From IMG/VR virus record IMGVR_UViG_3300026116_000038: a DNA stretch of 64,000 bases; one strand, given 5' to 3'. Position 1 is the stretch's first letter; each line of letters begins with the position of its first letter. The translations under genes and the position numbers were made by a program. This document shows positions 37,737 to 47,695 of the stretch, piece by piece. The notes beneath the pieces are model-generated. The model made no database searches. It had not been told where the DNA came from and saw nothing but the letters and a program-made list of their open reading frames with translations. Source of the stretch: an uncultured virus (IMG/VR IMGVR_UViG_3300026116_000038). Its lineage: Duplodnaviria > Heunggongvirae > Uroviricota > Caudoviricetes.

Positions 37737-38198
37737 ATGAATCAAATAATTAAATTCTATTCTCATTCTGGTACAGATAATCTTGGTCGTACATTAAAAG
37801 ATATGTGGACTTGGAGTAATTTAGATTTCGAACGTACTCATAATTATATTCAATGGATGTTTCCTACAGATAAAGTGTCAGAATATAATAAAGATGCCCC
37901 TCTAGTTGATGAGGAAACAATTAAATATTTTCGAGCTAGTAATGAATTACAATCGTATTTAACTACTTCTTCATATATTTTTGAGAATTTTTTGGATTTA
38001 AATAACCCTAACGCTCATTGGTTAACTTTAAGAAATCATAATTTTCTTAGAATTACTAGAGTATTAAATTCTTTAATGATTCTTTCTTGTAAACAAAGGG
38101 CTTATCAATTTCTTTCTAAAGTAGAAAAAACTTATAAACAAAGTGAAATTTGCCCACTTTCATTTTGGAATGCAGCTGTTATGGAAAACAAACATTGA
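37737..38198 (+). CDS. OGFr-N (opioid growth factor receptor conserved region)-like protein
   Basis: LDFERTHNYIQWMFP, NHNFLRITRVL.SL. Confidence 0.8.
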   Translation: MNQIIKFYSHSGTDNLGRTLKDMWTWSNLDFERTHNYIQWMFPTDKVSEYNKDAPLVDEETIKYFRASNELQSYLTTSSYIFENFLDLNNPNAHWLTLRNHNFLRITRVLNSLMILSCKQRAYQFLSKVEKTYKQSEICPLSFWNAAVMENKH

Positions 38199-38494
38199 TT
38201 TTAATTAATTTAATTATAATATCATTAGCAGTATCTTCATTTTCTTATACAATAAGTCAATCTAATTTATTTCAACCAATAAGATTTTTCTTTTTACAAA
38301 AATTTAATTTTATTGGAAAATTAATTTCTTGCACTTATTGTTTGAGTCACTGGATATCATTTTTATTTACAAGTATTTACTTCAAATTAATTTCATATGA
38401 ATTTTTAATAATTTCATTTGCAGCAATTACATTATCTATGATTTGGGTGCCTTTTATTTCTAAGGCTGTTGACTTTATGCCATCAGATGATTAA
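38181..38494 (+). CDS. DUF1360-like membrane protein (start uncertain)
   Basis: TM helices with G.LISCTYCLSHW. Confidence 0.5.
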
Positions 38495-38504
38495 AATTTA
38501 AATT

Positions 38505-38825
38505 ATGATTTCAGTAGAATTAATTGAAGCTGTGTTGATTGAGCGAGATCCAGAGTCTTTAATTTCTATTGGTGCGCCTTCAGATGAATATAAATCTGAA
38601 GCAATTAAAATTCATGATCGATTAATAAATAAACGATTAAATTTAATTGAAATTACATCAGCAATCACTTTTGTATTTTATGAAAGTTTCGGATCAGCTA
38701 TTAAATATTCAATTAATGGTAATGAAGAGTTTTCTGTAGATTATGATTATTTAAATGAAAAACGATTTAATGAATTTACTAAAATTGGTAATTTAATTTT
38801 TAATATTTACAGAAAAAGTTTATAG
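38505..38825 (+). CDS. hypothetical protein (DP...DEY..EA motif, DUF1871-like)
   Basis: RDPESLISIGAPSDEYKSEA. Confidence 0.5.
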   Translation: MISVELIEAVLIERDPESLISIGAPSDEYKSEAIKIHDRLINKRLNLIEITSAITFVFYESFGSAIKYSINGNEEFSVDYDYLNEKRFNEFTKIGNLIFNIYRKSL

Positions 38826-38840
38826 AGAAAGCGAATAAAA

Positions 38841-39497
38841 ATGGGAATTTTGGATAATCTTAAAAGCCTTGTTATTGAAGAAGTTGAAATAAAAGAAACT
38901 ACAATTAGCCCTAAACCAATTATTTTACCAACTTCTTCTCCGATAACATTTAATCAACAATATCAAGCTTCACAAGATGAAATTGTAACTTTAGATAAAT
39001 CATTTAGAATTAAATTAAAAGAAGCAATTACATTAAAATCTCCTCAATTTTTTTCTAAATTAAATGACTTATTGACTACATTAGCTGAAGATATTCCTAA
39101 TGAACAAGCTAGATATAAAACGGCTTTAAAACTTCTAGCTAAAGATGGAGCTTCGCCTGCATCTATTATTTCGGATTTAGATATCTGCATTTCTGCTATT
39201 AATGATAAGAATAAAGAATTTTCTACTGCCCTTAATAAGAAAATTGAAGAACAAATTGGCGGTAGAAAACAAAAGATTATCTCCTTAGAGCAAGAGATTC
39301 AATCTAAAAATCAACAAATTCAAATGCTTCAAGCAGATATCGAAAAGGCTAAATCTCAACATGATTTGGAAAACTCTTCGATTACTGAAGAATCTGCTAA
39401 ATTTGATTTAAGAAAAAATCGATTTGATATCGTATGTACTGATTTAGTCAACCAATTAAATAATCAAAAACAAAAAATTTCAGAATTCACTAAATAA
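38841..39497 (+). CDS. coiled-coil protein, first gene of the transporter-associated operon
   Basis: Long heptad region. Confidence 0.65.
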   Translation: MGILDNLKSLVIEEVEIKETTISPKPIILPTSSPITFNQQYQASQDEIVTLDKSFRIKLKEAITLKSPQFFSKLNDLLTTLAEDIPNEQARYKTALKLLAKDGASPASIISDLDICISAINDKNKEFSTALNKKIEEQIGGRKQKIISLEQEIQSKNQQIQMLQADIEKAKSQHDLENSSITEESAKFDLRKNRFDIVCTDLVNQLNNQKQKISEFTK

Positions 39498-39509
39498 AAG
39501 AAAGATATT

Positions 39510-40547
39510 ATGTCAGAATTAAATCCAACCAAAAGCGCATTTAGTAAACCTGAAAATTGGGTTACTTGGTTTTTTACTGCAGGATTAATTGGTGGAGTAG
39601 GTTATGTATTATATAATTTGCTTCCATATGCTATTAATATTGCCGATAATCTTTTGTATTTAGCAGCTGTAGGTATTCCATTAGCTATTATTGGATTCGT
39701 ACTCACAAGCGCAGATGTACATAAATTGGCTTGGTATGGTTGGAAAAGTGCAATTCGCTGGCTAACTGGTAGATTTGTTGAACTTGATCCAATTGGTATT
39801 ATGAGAACTGGACTTGAAAAGTATGATGAAATTCTAGCGGCAGTTTCATCAGGTATGTCTAGTATGAGAGCTCAATTAAAAAATATTCTTAAATCAATTC
39901 GAGAAAATGAACAAGCAGCAGAGCATTGTTTAGCCCTAGCAAGTCAAGCAAAAGCATTGATCGGATCAGACCCAACTTTACAAAGTAAAGCTGCTCTTGA
40001 AGCTCGTAAGGCTGAAAGATTCAAAGAAACTAATATTAAATATAAAAACATGCAAGCCATGTTAGAAAAAGCTTTATCTGTAGCTGAAAAAATGTTTGAA
40101 AAAGCTACTTATAATCGTGAAGACCTTAAAACTACTATTGATATTAAAAGTAATGAGCGTGAAGCTATAAAAGCCACTTATAAATCAATGTCAGGCTTTA
40201 AGCGCCTATTACAGAGCGATAAAGAGCTCGAGATGTTTAATTTAGGATTAGAAGCTGAAAATAATTTTGAATTTCAGAAAATTGGGGAAATTGAACAGTT
40301 TTGGGATGAAACTAAAGATTTAATGCTTTCTGATTCTCTAGAAAAGCTTGCATCAGAGTCAGAGTCTCTAACCAAGTTGGATGAGTGGGAAAAGAAAAGC
40401 GCAGAAAGAACGGCTAGAAATGTTAGAATTAGTCCGAATCTTTCTCCAAATTTGCGTTTGCCTACTTCAGCCGGATCGTTTGATGATCTTCTAGAATTAG
40501 ATAATAGTAATGATTTTACACTAAATAATAAAACTTTAAAGAAATAA
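39510..40547 (+). CDS. membrane-anchored PspA/IM30-like coiled-coil protein
   Basis: 2 N-terminal TM helices, DPIGI motif, long coiled coil. Confidence 0.6.
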   Translation: MSELNPTKSAFSKPENWVTWFFTAGLIGGVGYVLYNLLPYAINIADNLLYLAAVGIPLAIIGFVLTSADVHKLAWYGWKSAIRWLTGRFVELDPIGIMRTGLEKYDEILAAVSSGMSSMRAQLKNILKSIRENEQAAEHCLALASQAKALIGSDPTLQSKAALEARKAERFKETNIKYKNMQAMLEKALSVAEKMFEKATYNREDLKTTIDIKSNEREAIKATYKSMSGFKRLLQSDKELEMFNLGLEAENNFEFQKIGEIEQFWDETKDLMLSDSLEKLASESESLTKLDEWEKKSAERTARNVRISPNLSPNLRLPTSAGSFDDLLELDNSNDFTLNNKTLKK

Positions 40548-40807
40548 TTTAAATGAAAAATTTAAAATTAAAAGAATATTTATTTTTAATAGAAAGTGTA
40601 TTATATTTTCTTCAGGGAATTTTAACCGGATATTTGGGTTTTATTCGAAAAGATTATGTATATTTATTATTCTCAGTAGTATTTTTTCTATTTTTAGCTT
40701 TACATTCTTTGTTTTTTCTCTTAAAAAGAAACATGAATACATAAATGATTTATATTTTTGAAAATAAAAACAGTATCAAATTAACCGTAGAAAGAAAATG
40801 AATAACC

Positions 40808-42604
40808 ATGGCAACCACAAGTAGAATTAAAAAAACACCTCTCATTATTTTGGCACTAATTATCTTAGCTGTAATTGGATTAAGAGTTGCTTCAGTTAAA
40901 GGATTATTGAGTCCAACTGAATCGAAATCTGTAGTCCCATTAGCTGCAGATTTGCCAGAAGTTACCAATACTAATAATGTTCCTAACGCTTCTGTACCTG
41001 CTTTTCCGTTACCGAGTACTAAAGTTGTAACGGTTCCTGGTCCTACTGTTCGAGCTAAGGTAATGGCTTGGAATGCTCAAATGGGTTGGGCTTTTGCAAC
41101 TGGTGGTCCGCAAACGACCGAAGGTAGTCTAATGCAAGCCCATAAAGTCAACATGAATATAATTCGTGAAGATGATTGTGGTAAAATGCAAACTGAGCTT
41201 ATTAGTTTTGCTAAAGCTCTGAAATCTAATCCCCAACCTACAGATGGAGTTCAATTTGTTGCCGTAATGGGTGATGGATCAGCTGCATTTCTTGAAGGTG
41301 TGCGGCCGGAGTTAGAAAAACTTGGCCCAGAATACATGGCTGAAGTTGTAGGATCAGCCGGTTATTCTCGTGGTGAAGATAAATTTATGGGTTTACCTGA
41401 ATGGAAAAATAATCCTAAGTTAGCTAAAGGTTCATTAATTTCAGTCGTACTAAGAGATGGTGATTGGAATATCGTTATGAAATGGGCTGGTGATAACGGT
41501 ATTTTAGTTAATCCTGATGAAAAAACTTATGATCCCAACGCTATTAATTGGGTAGCTGCAAATGACTTTATCGAAGCTGGGACCAAATATATTCAAAATG
41601 TTTGTGAAGATCGACCAGTCGTAAGTAATGGTAAGCGTACTGGTGAAACAAAGCATGTTTGTGTAAATGGTGTATCATCATGGTCACCTGTTGATGCTAA
41701 TGTTGCTAACCAACGTGGAGGTTTAGTTTCTATAGTTTCAACGAAAGAATATTCTAACCAAATGCCAAATACTATTATTGGTATTAAAAAGTGGAATTTG
41801 GCTAATCGATCGCTTGTAGAAGGTATGCTTGAAGCTATTTTTGAAGGTGGAGACCAAGTAAAAGCATATCCTAACGCATTGCATCGTGCAGCTGAAGCTT
41901 CTGCCACAATTTATAAAGAAGAGTCTGCTGGTTACTGGCAAAAGTATTATCTCGGTGTTGTAGAAACGGATAAGCAAGGATTGCAGGTATCTCTTGGTGG
42001 TTCATATGTCAACAATTTAGCTGATAATATGGCTTTATTTGGCTTAAATTCTGGTTCTGCTAACATTTTTGCTGCTACTTATACAATCTTTGGTAATATT
42101 GTTAGACAACAATACCCTAAGCTTGTATCAAGTTATCCTTCAGTTGATTCTATTTTAAATACCTCATATGTTACTAATATTGCTTCTCATTCAAAAAATA
42201 TTGGAGTGGTTACTAAAACGGAATTTACTGGCGGACAGCTCACACAAACTGTATCTAAGCGTAATTGGAGCATTAATTTCGAGACGGGTAAAGCTACTTT
42301 TACACCTGAAACTTTAGTTCAATTAAATGAATTAAAGAACGGTTTATTAGTTGCTGATGATCTTGCAATTGAGATTCATGGTTACACAGATAATACTGGC
42401 GATGTAAATAATAATTTAACTTTGTCACAAGCTCGTGCTGAAGCTGTAAAGAATTGGTTACAAACGCAGAGTAGTTCGAACTTTTCTGCTGAAAGATTTG
42501 CTGTTGTGCGTGGTCATGGTTCAGCTGATGCATTAGCTAGCAATGATACTGAGACTGGCCGAGCAAAGAATCGTCGAGTTACAGTTATCCTTGGCGTACA
42601 GTGA
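40808..42604 (+). CDS. ABC substrate-binding protein (NitT/TauT-like) fused to a C-terminal OmpA peptidoglycan-binding domain
   Basis: N-terminal signal anchor; INFETGKA, IHGYTDNTG..NNLTLSQARAEAV, GRAKNRRV. Confidence 0.85.
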   Translation: MATTSRIKKTPLIILALIILAVIGLRVASVKGLLSPTESKSVVPLAADLPEVTNTNNVPNASVPAFPLPSTKVVTVPGPTVRAKVMAWNAQMGWAFATGGPQTTEGSLMQAHKVNMNIIREDDCGKMQTELISFAKALKSNPQPTDGVQFVAVMGDGSAAFLEGVRPELEKLGPEYMAEVVGSAGYSRGEDKFMGLPEWKNNPKLAKGSLISVVLRDGDWNIVMKWAGDNGILVNPDEKTYDPNAINWVAANDFIEAGTKYIQNVCEDRPVVSNGKRTGETKHVCVNGVSSWSPVDANVANQRGGLVSIVSTKEYSNQMPNTIIGIKKWNLANRSLVEGMLEAIFEGGDQVKAYPNALHRAAEASATIYKEESAGYWQKYYLGVVETDKQGLQVSLGGSYVNNLADNMALFGLNSGSANIFAATYTIFGNIVRQQYPKLVSSYPSVDSILNTSYVTNIASHSKNIGVVTKTEFTGGQLTQTVSKRNWSINFETGKATFTPETLVQLNELKNGLLVADDLAIEIHGYTDNTGDVNNNLTLSQARAEAVKNWLQTQSSSNFSAERFAVVRGHGSADALASNDTETGRAKNRRVTVILGVQ

Positions 42605-42623
42605 AATAGATTAGGAATATCAG

Positions 42624-43403
42624 ATGTTAGATGCATTTCGACCAAATAAATCAGTAACCGGAACTACTTGGACTATAATTATTACGGCTCAAATTGCTCT
42701 TTTATTGATAATTTGGTCATTTGGATCGACATTTTTGATGCCAAGCCCTATTGCAGTGGGTAGGGCTTGGCTTTTCCTAATTCAAGAAGAGGGATTGCTT
42801 TATGAGTTGGGAGTGAGTATTAAAACTAATTTAGAAGCGATTTTTATTAGTAGTATCATTTCAGTTGGGTTATCATATCTTACAGTATTGCCAGTAATGA
42901 GACCTTTTGTAGAGTTCTGTTCCAAGTCAAGATTCTTCGGAATTAGTGGATTTGTAATTGTATTTACTATGATTTTTGGTGGAGGGCATGGTCTTAAATT
43001 AGCTCTTTTAGTTTTTGGAATGTCGGTATTTTTTATTACAAGTATGAGTTCGGTTGTTGCGAATATTCCAAAAGAAGAGTTTGATCATGCTAGATCTTTA
43101 AGAATGAGTGGGTGGCGAAGCGTATATGAAGTGGTTATTTTGGGGCGGGCCGATGAAGCAATAGAGGTTTTAAGACAAAATGCGGCTATTGGATGGATGA
43201 TGCTAACGATGGTGGAGGGATTAGTTAGAGTTGAAGGCGGAGTGGGAACTTTAATGTTAAATGAAGGTAAACATTTTCATTTAGATGCTGTTTTTGCAAT
43301 TCAATTGACGATTTTATTTATTGGAGTTACTCAAGATAAGATGATTGGCTTGATAAAAAAGGTGATTTGCCCTTATTCTGAGCTATCTTTGGAGCGGAAA
43401 TAA
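42624..43403 (+). CDS. ABC transporter permease (NitT/TauT type)
   Basis: Multiple TM helices; EAA-like FDHARSLRMS. Confidence 0.85.
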   Translation: MLDAFRPNKSVTGTTWTIIITAQIALLLIIWSFGSTFLMPSPIAVGRAWLFLIQEEGLLYELGVSIKTNLEAIFISSIISVGLSYLTVLPVMRPFVEFCSKSRFFGISGFVIVFTMIFGGGHGLKLALLVFGMSVFFITSMSSVVANIPKEEFDHARSLRMSGWRSVYEVVILGRADEAIEVLRQNAAIGWMMLTMVEGLVRVEGGVGTLMLNEGKHFHLDAVFAIQLTILFIGVTQDKMIGLIKKVICPYSELSLERK

Positions 43404-43408
43404 ATAAA

Positions 43409-44233
43409 ATGAATAATAATTATTTATATGAAGAAAAAGATACATTAATTAAAATTGATAATGTATCTTTAAATATTGACGGTAATCAAATTTTAAAGCC
43501 AATTTCAATTGAAGTTAAAGATATTGTTCGCCCGAATGTGCTTCAAGGTCAAGTAGTAGGACTTTTGGGACCTTCAGGCTGTGGTAAGACTTGTTTCAGC
43601 CGAATTTTAAGTGGATTAAATAAACCAACAACTGGATCTGTTACAGTGGCTGGGAAACCTGTGGAGGCAGGAGTTGTTGGCTATGTCGCTCAAAATTATC
43701 CATTGTTTAATCATAGAACAGTTATTGGAAATCTTTTAGTAGCTTTAGAACATACTAATTTAACTGCAAAAGAAGCTGTTGATAAAGCTATTGATTACTT
43801 AACAAAATTTAATTTACAAGATAAAGCTAAATATTATCCAAATCAATTATCCGGTGGTCAGAAACAACGGATAAGTATTATTCAAGAACTTTTATGTTCT
43901 GAACATTATTTAGTAATGGATGAACCTTGGTCTGGACTAGATCCGTTAGCTAAGGATAAAGTTTGTGCAGTGATTAATACTATTGCTAATCTTCATGAAG
44001 AAAATACAATTTTTGTTGTAGCTCATGATATTAATGCTTTGGTAAGTATTTCTGATCGTCTTTGGTTATTAGGACGAGATAGAGATGATAAAGATCAAAT
44101 TATTCCTGGTGCCTATATTAAAAAGCAATATAATTTAATTGAGCGAGGATTAGCTTGGCGTGAAAATATCAGTATAACGCGGGAATTTGCAGATTTTGTA
44201 GCCGAAATTAAAACTGAATTTAAATATTTATAA
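43409..44233 (+). CDS. ABC transporter ATP-binding protein
   Basis: GPSGCGKT, LSGGQKQR, MDEPWSGLD. Confidence 0.92.
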   Translation: MNNNYLYEEKDTLIKIDNVSLNIDGNQILKPISIEVKDIVRPNVLQGQVVGLLGPSGCGKTCFSRILSGLNKPTTGSVTVAGKPVEAGVVGYVAQNYPLFNHRTVIGNLLVALEHTNLTAKEAVDKAIDYLTKFNLQDKAKYYPNQLSGGQKQRISIIQELLCSEHYLVMDEPWSGLDPLAKDKVCAVINTIANLHEENTIFVVAHDINALVSISDRLWLLGRDRDDKDQIIPGAYIKKQYNLIERGLAWRENISITREFADFVAEIKTEFKYL

Positions 44234-44617
44234 AATTATATAATTTATATACAAAGTTTATATGTTTAAAAATAATTCAAAATTTGTACTAATTATAGGT
44301 TTTATAGGAATAATAATTTCATTAAAATTATTTTTAATAGCATATTTAAATCATAACTATAATTATTTAATTTCAATAATTCCGTTATTATTGATACCAT
44401 CTATAGCAATATTAGCTACCTATATTGATTAAATACTAGATAAACACCATGGCTAAAGATAATTACTTTATAAATAAAATTCTTATAAATTTATTGGGAA
44501 TTGGATGTTCATCAATTATACTTGGAGTAGGTGAATATTATAATTCATCTATAATGTGCACTATGGCTTTTCTATATCTTGTTGTTTTTATATATTATTT
44601 AATTAAATACATTTAAA

Positions 44618-45004
44618 ATGAATTCTAAATATAAAATTTGGATAGATAATTATTTACTGGAAAATAAAATTATTGCAGGTAGATGCTATCCTGCTTGTTT
44701 GGCTATGCAAGAAGTTTTTCCCGAATTAGAACTTCAAAAAGGTTATATTATAGATTTATCTCAGGGAAAACGAATGCATTGGTGGCTAGAATTAGCTGGA
44801 GAAATTATCGATCCAACAGCAAGTCAATTTAATAATTTAATTGAATATCAAAAATATAATTTAATTAATCATGGACCGTTACCTGTTGGAAAATGCATAA
44901 ATTGCGCAGAGTTATATTATCTAGATAATTTTGCACCATGTTGTTCAAGTAATTGTTCTAAAGAAACAGTCGATTATTTAAATAATAAAAATATATGTTT
45001 GTAA
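44618..45004 (+). CDS. transglutaminase/papain-like Cys-His-Asp protein with C-terminal Zn ribbon
   Basis: GRC...HWWLE...IIDPT.SQF; CINC...CCS.NC. Confidence 0.55.
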   Translation: MNSKYKIWIDNYLLENKIIAGRCYPACLAMQEVFPELELQKGYIIDLSQGKRMHWWLELAGEIIDPTASQFNNLIEYQKYNLINHGPLPVGKCINCAELYYLDNFAPCCSSNCSKETVDYLNNKNICL

Positions 45005-45150
45005 TATTTTTACAATTTTTTGAACGAAATCGAATTGTTACTCTATTAACAATTATGATTTTTTGTTGGGCGGTTGTAAGAATTGTGCAAGCTTTTTGTA
45101 AAATATTATATAATTTTGATGAAGAAGATGAATTTTAAAGGATAAATATA

Positions 45151-45462
45151 ATGTCTATAGAAAATAATTATGAATTATTTGTATGTAATTGTAATGATAT
45201 TTCACATCAATTTGTTATTTCTACTTGGAATGATGGATATGAAATCCCAACATTAAATATTAATGTAAAATTAAATTCTTTTCAGCCTTGGTATAAAAGA
45301 TTATTAATTGCTATAAAATATTTATTTAAAATTGATGTGAAATGGGAATATGATTGTGTGATGCTAGATCATGAAAAAGTAAATAAATTACAAAACGCTA
45401 TAAATAATTATAAAGTAATACAATATAAATATCTTGCTGAGGATGTTAAATTTGATGAATAA
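45151..45462 (+). CDS. hypothetical phage protein
   Basis: C.C...H motif; WYKRL..AIKYLF. Confidence 0.55.
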   Translation: MSIENNYELFVCNCNDISHQFVISTWNDGYEIPTLNINVKLNSFQPWYKRLLIAIKYLFKIDVKWEYDCVMLDHEKVNKLQNAINNYKVIQYKYLAEDVKFDE

Positions 45463-46036
45463 ATCTTTAATTGAACTATTTAATTCATTTGGAGAAATAA
45501 AAGAAAACACTTGGTTGGATGGACGGTCTTATTCTGAAGCTTTTTTATTATGTATTTCTAGTGGACCATGGAGAATTAATAGAAGATTAACTATTCAAAC
45601 TCAAGCAATAAATTTTGTTGCCGGACGAGATTTATCTAAAATAAATGAAGAAATTTTATTTTTTCCATTAAGTTGGCAGAATTCCTTTTTAACTTCTGTT
45701 ATAAAGAATTTAAAATTACAAAATAAAACTATGGAAAAATATTGTGATTTAATTAAGAAAGAATTAATTATTTCAAATAACAGATTGATATTATATAATC
45801 TTTGTGATTGTCCAAAAGGCGCTAAGGTTTTATCATTATTTTGTAGAGATAGTTTAAAAATTAAAAATTGTTTTCCGATAGATCGTCATGTGAAACGTTT
45901 TTTAAAAGAACATAATTTGCCTGTTGTTGAAGATAAAATGGTAAAATTATGTATAGAAAATGAAATTAGTCCAAGATTATTCAATATTGGATTATCTCAA
46001 CAATTAGGGATAAATAATCCTGATTGGAAAATTTAA
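45455..46036 (+). CDS. HhH-GPD-like DNA glycosylase-fold protein
   Basis: KGAKVLSLF...FPIDRHVKRFL; start adjusted to the ATG overlapping the upstream stop. Confidence 0.5.
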   Translation: MNKSLIELFNSFGEIKENTWLDGRSYSEAFLLCISSGPWRINRRLTIQTQAINFVAGRDLSKINEEILFFPLSWQNSFLTSVIKNLKLQNKTMEKYCDLIKKELIISNNRLILYNLCDCPKGAKVLSLFCRDSLKIKNCFPIDRHVKRFLKEHNLPVVEDKMVKLCIENEISPRLFNIGLSQQLGINNPDWKI

Positions 46037-46116
46037 TTATTTAAAGCACTTGACATTTTAGAAAAAAACGATTATAAAGTATAAGACATTAACGGTTAAT
46101 AGTTGTAAAATTTAAA

Positions 46117-46185
46117 GCCCCTAGATCTGGATGATCAACAGAGTCTTCTAAACTCCGTAGCCAGGATCGTAACCTGGTGGGGGCG
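46117..46185 (+). tRNA. atypical tRNA-Arg(TCT) with shortened D-arm
   Basis: GCCCCTA/TGGGGGC acceptor, GAGT-CTTCTAA-ACTC anticodon arm, CCAGG-ATCGTAA-CCTGG T-arm; only about 69 nt; promoter at 46050-46078. Confidence 0.65.
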
Positions 46186-46200
46186 CTTTTAATAAAAATT

Positions 46201-46446
46201 ATGAGTTATCATTTAAGACCAATTATAATAAAAGGTAAATACGGAGATTTATCTAAAGTCTATGAAGAGCTTGATGAATTAGCTGAATCTTTAGAGCAAA
46301 ATAATAGAATTTTAGCTTTAGTAGAATTATCTGACCTTTACGGAGCTATTGAAGCTTTGGCAGAAACTCTTGGAACAAATATTATAGAAATTGCCAAAAT
46401 GTCTGATGCAACCAAAAGATCATTTAAATCTGGCGAAAGAAAATGA
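46201..46446 (+). CDS. MazG-like (all-alpha NTP pyrophosphohydrolase fold) small protein
   Basis: KVYEELDEL......ELSDLYGA; start ATG 46201. Confidence 0.55.
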   Translation: MSYHLRPIIIKGKYGDLSKVYEELDELAESLEQNNRILALVELSDLYGAIEALAETLGTNIIEIAKMSDATKRSFKSGERK

Positions 46447-46991
46447 TTAATTGGCACAATGTTGCTAAAGCTATTGATTATTACCAATCATTAGGATATA
46501 AATATATAGAAGTTCCTTGGTTTGTTTCAAAACCTGCTATTGAAGCTACATATTCTCAAAATAATATAAAATTTACTTGTGATGTGGGGACTATGGTTGG
46601 ATCTGCGGAACAATCATTTGTCCAACTAATGTTAGATAATAAAATTGAAGCTGGCAAATATGTTGCAGCGTCACCTTGTTATAGAGATGATATTATTGAT
46701 GAATTACACTCATTATCCTTTTTTAAGGTTGAATTAATTTCTATTTTTAATAAAAAAGAAATTTTAATATTAAATTATAATTTAATTGATATTGTTGATG
46801 CAGCAAAAAAATTTTTTAATATTTTAGCGCCTGATAAAAAAATAAAAATAGTTTCTACAAAAGAAGGCATCGATTTAGAAATAGATGGCATAGAAGTTGG
46901 TAGTTATGGGATTAGAAGCTTAAAAGATTGGATTTGGATATATGGTACAGGTTATGCTGACCCAAGATTTTCTTTAGTTATAAAAAAATAA
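46443..46991 (+). CDS. minimal class II aminoacyl-tRNA-synthetase-like catalytic domain
   Basis: GYKYIEVPW (motif 1), SAEQSF, PCYRDD..FFKVE (motif 2), DLE..GIEVGSYG, GTG.A.PR (motif 3). Confidence 0.7.
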   Translation: MINWHNVAKAIDYYQSLGYKYIEVPWFVSKPAIEATYSQNNIKFTCDVGTMVGSAEQSFVQLMLDNKIEAGKYVAASPCYRDDIIDELHSLSFFKVELISIFNKKEILILNYNLIDIVDAAKKFFNILAPDKKIKIVSTKEGIDLEIDGIEVGSYGIRSLKDWIWIYGTGYADPRFSLVIKK

Positions 46992-47040
46992 ATATATTAT
47001 TTATAGCTATAATTTTATATTATTAATGGAGAAATTAATT

Positions 47041-47193
47041 ATGAAAAATAAAAATGTAATTATGGCTATAGTGCAAAAAGAAGATTATAAGCGATACAGA
47101 TCGAGAACAGTGCAGACAGAAAAAGGTAAAGGAAGAAAAGCCCGTCCCAGGAAAAAGAATTGGCGTGAAGTTGAATTAATTTTCAACGAATGA
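47041..47193 (+). CDS. ArfA-like ribosome-rescue peptide (50 aa)
   Basis: MKNKNVIMAIVQKEDYKRYRSRTVQTEKGKGRKARPRKKNWREVELIFNE; GGAG RBS; not in the ORF track. Confidence 0.5.
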   Translation: MKNKNVIMAIVQKEDYKRYRSRTVQTEKGKGRKARPRKKNWREVELIFNE

Positions 47194-47227
47194 TTTAATT
47201 TTTTATTTTATAAATTTTAAAAACCGA

Positions 47228-47695
47228 GTGAATGTTTCGAGAAGCATAAGTATATTTATGACTGATCGTGAATATTTTTATCACATTACTCAGAAAAAAT
47301 GGCCTCAAAAAATTACATTGTATCCTAAAATACAAGGTCAACATAGATCTATTTTAGAACCTAAAATATCAAGAATTTGTGTTTCAAGTACTATTGAAGG
47401 ATGTTTAATTGCTTTAGGTTCTTGTTTATGGCAGAATAAATCTATTTTTGTTTATAGAACATCTGTTAAAGTAAAAGCCTATAATGCAGTTGATGTATGT
47501 GATTCTAAAATAACCAAAGAAAAATGGTTAAAAACGCCTATTAAATTTGTAAAAATTGGTACAGTTAATAAATTATTACCTAGAGAAATATTTTATTTAC
47601 CTGCTGGAACTGGTTTAGAATTTGATTTAAAGGCACAATTAAATTGGTATAATATTTTATACGATATGAATTTTTCATTTGTTGATTTTTTATGA
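47228..47695 (+). CDS. hypothetical phage protein (FYHIT...RICVSSTIEGC; possible ART-like fold)
   Basis: Motif pattern only; likely start at ATG 47258. Confidence 0.5.
   Translation: MNVSRSISIFMTDREYFYHITQKKWPQKITLYPKIQGQHRSILEPKISRICVSSTIEGCLIALGSCLWQNKSIFVYRTSVKVKAYNAVDVCDSKITKEKWLKTPIKFVKIGTVNKLLPREIFYLPAGTGLEFDLKAQLNWYNILYDMNFSFVDFL

Noticed and set aside
46177..46200. GTG start of ORF 46177
   Set aside because: Lies inside the tRNA-Arg acceptor stem; ATG 46201 is preferred.
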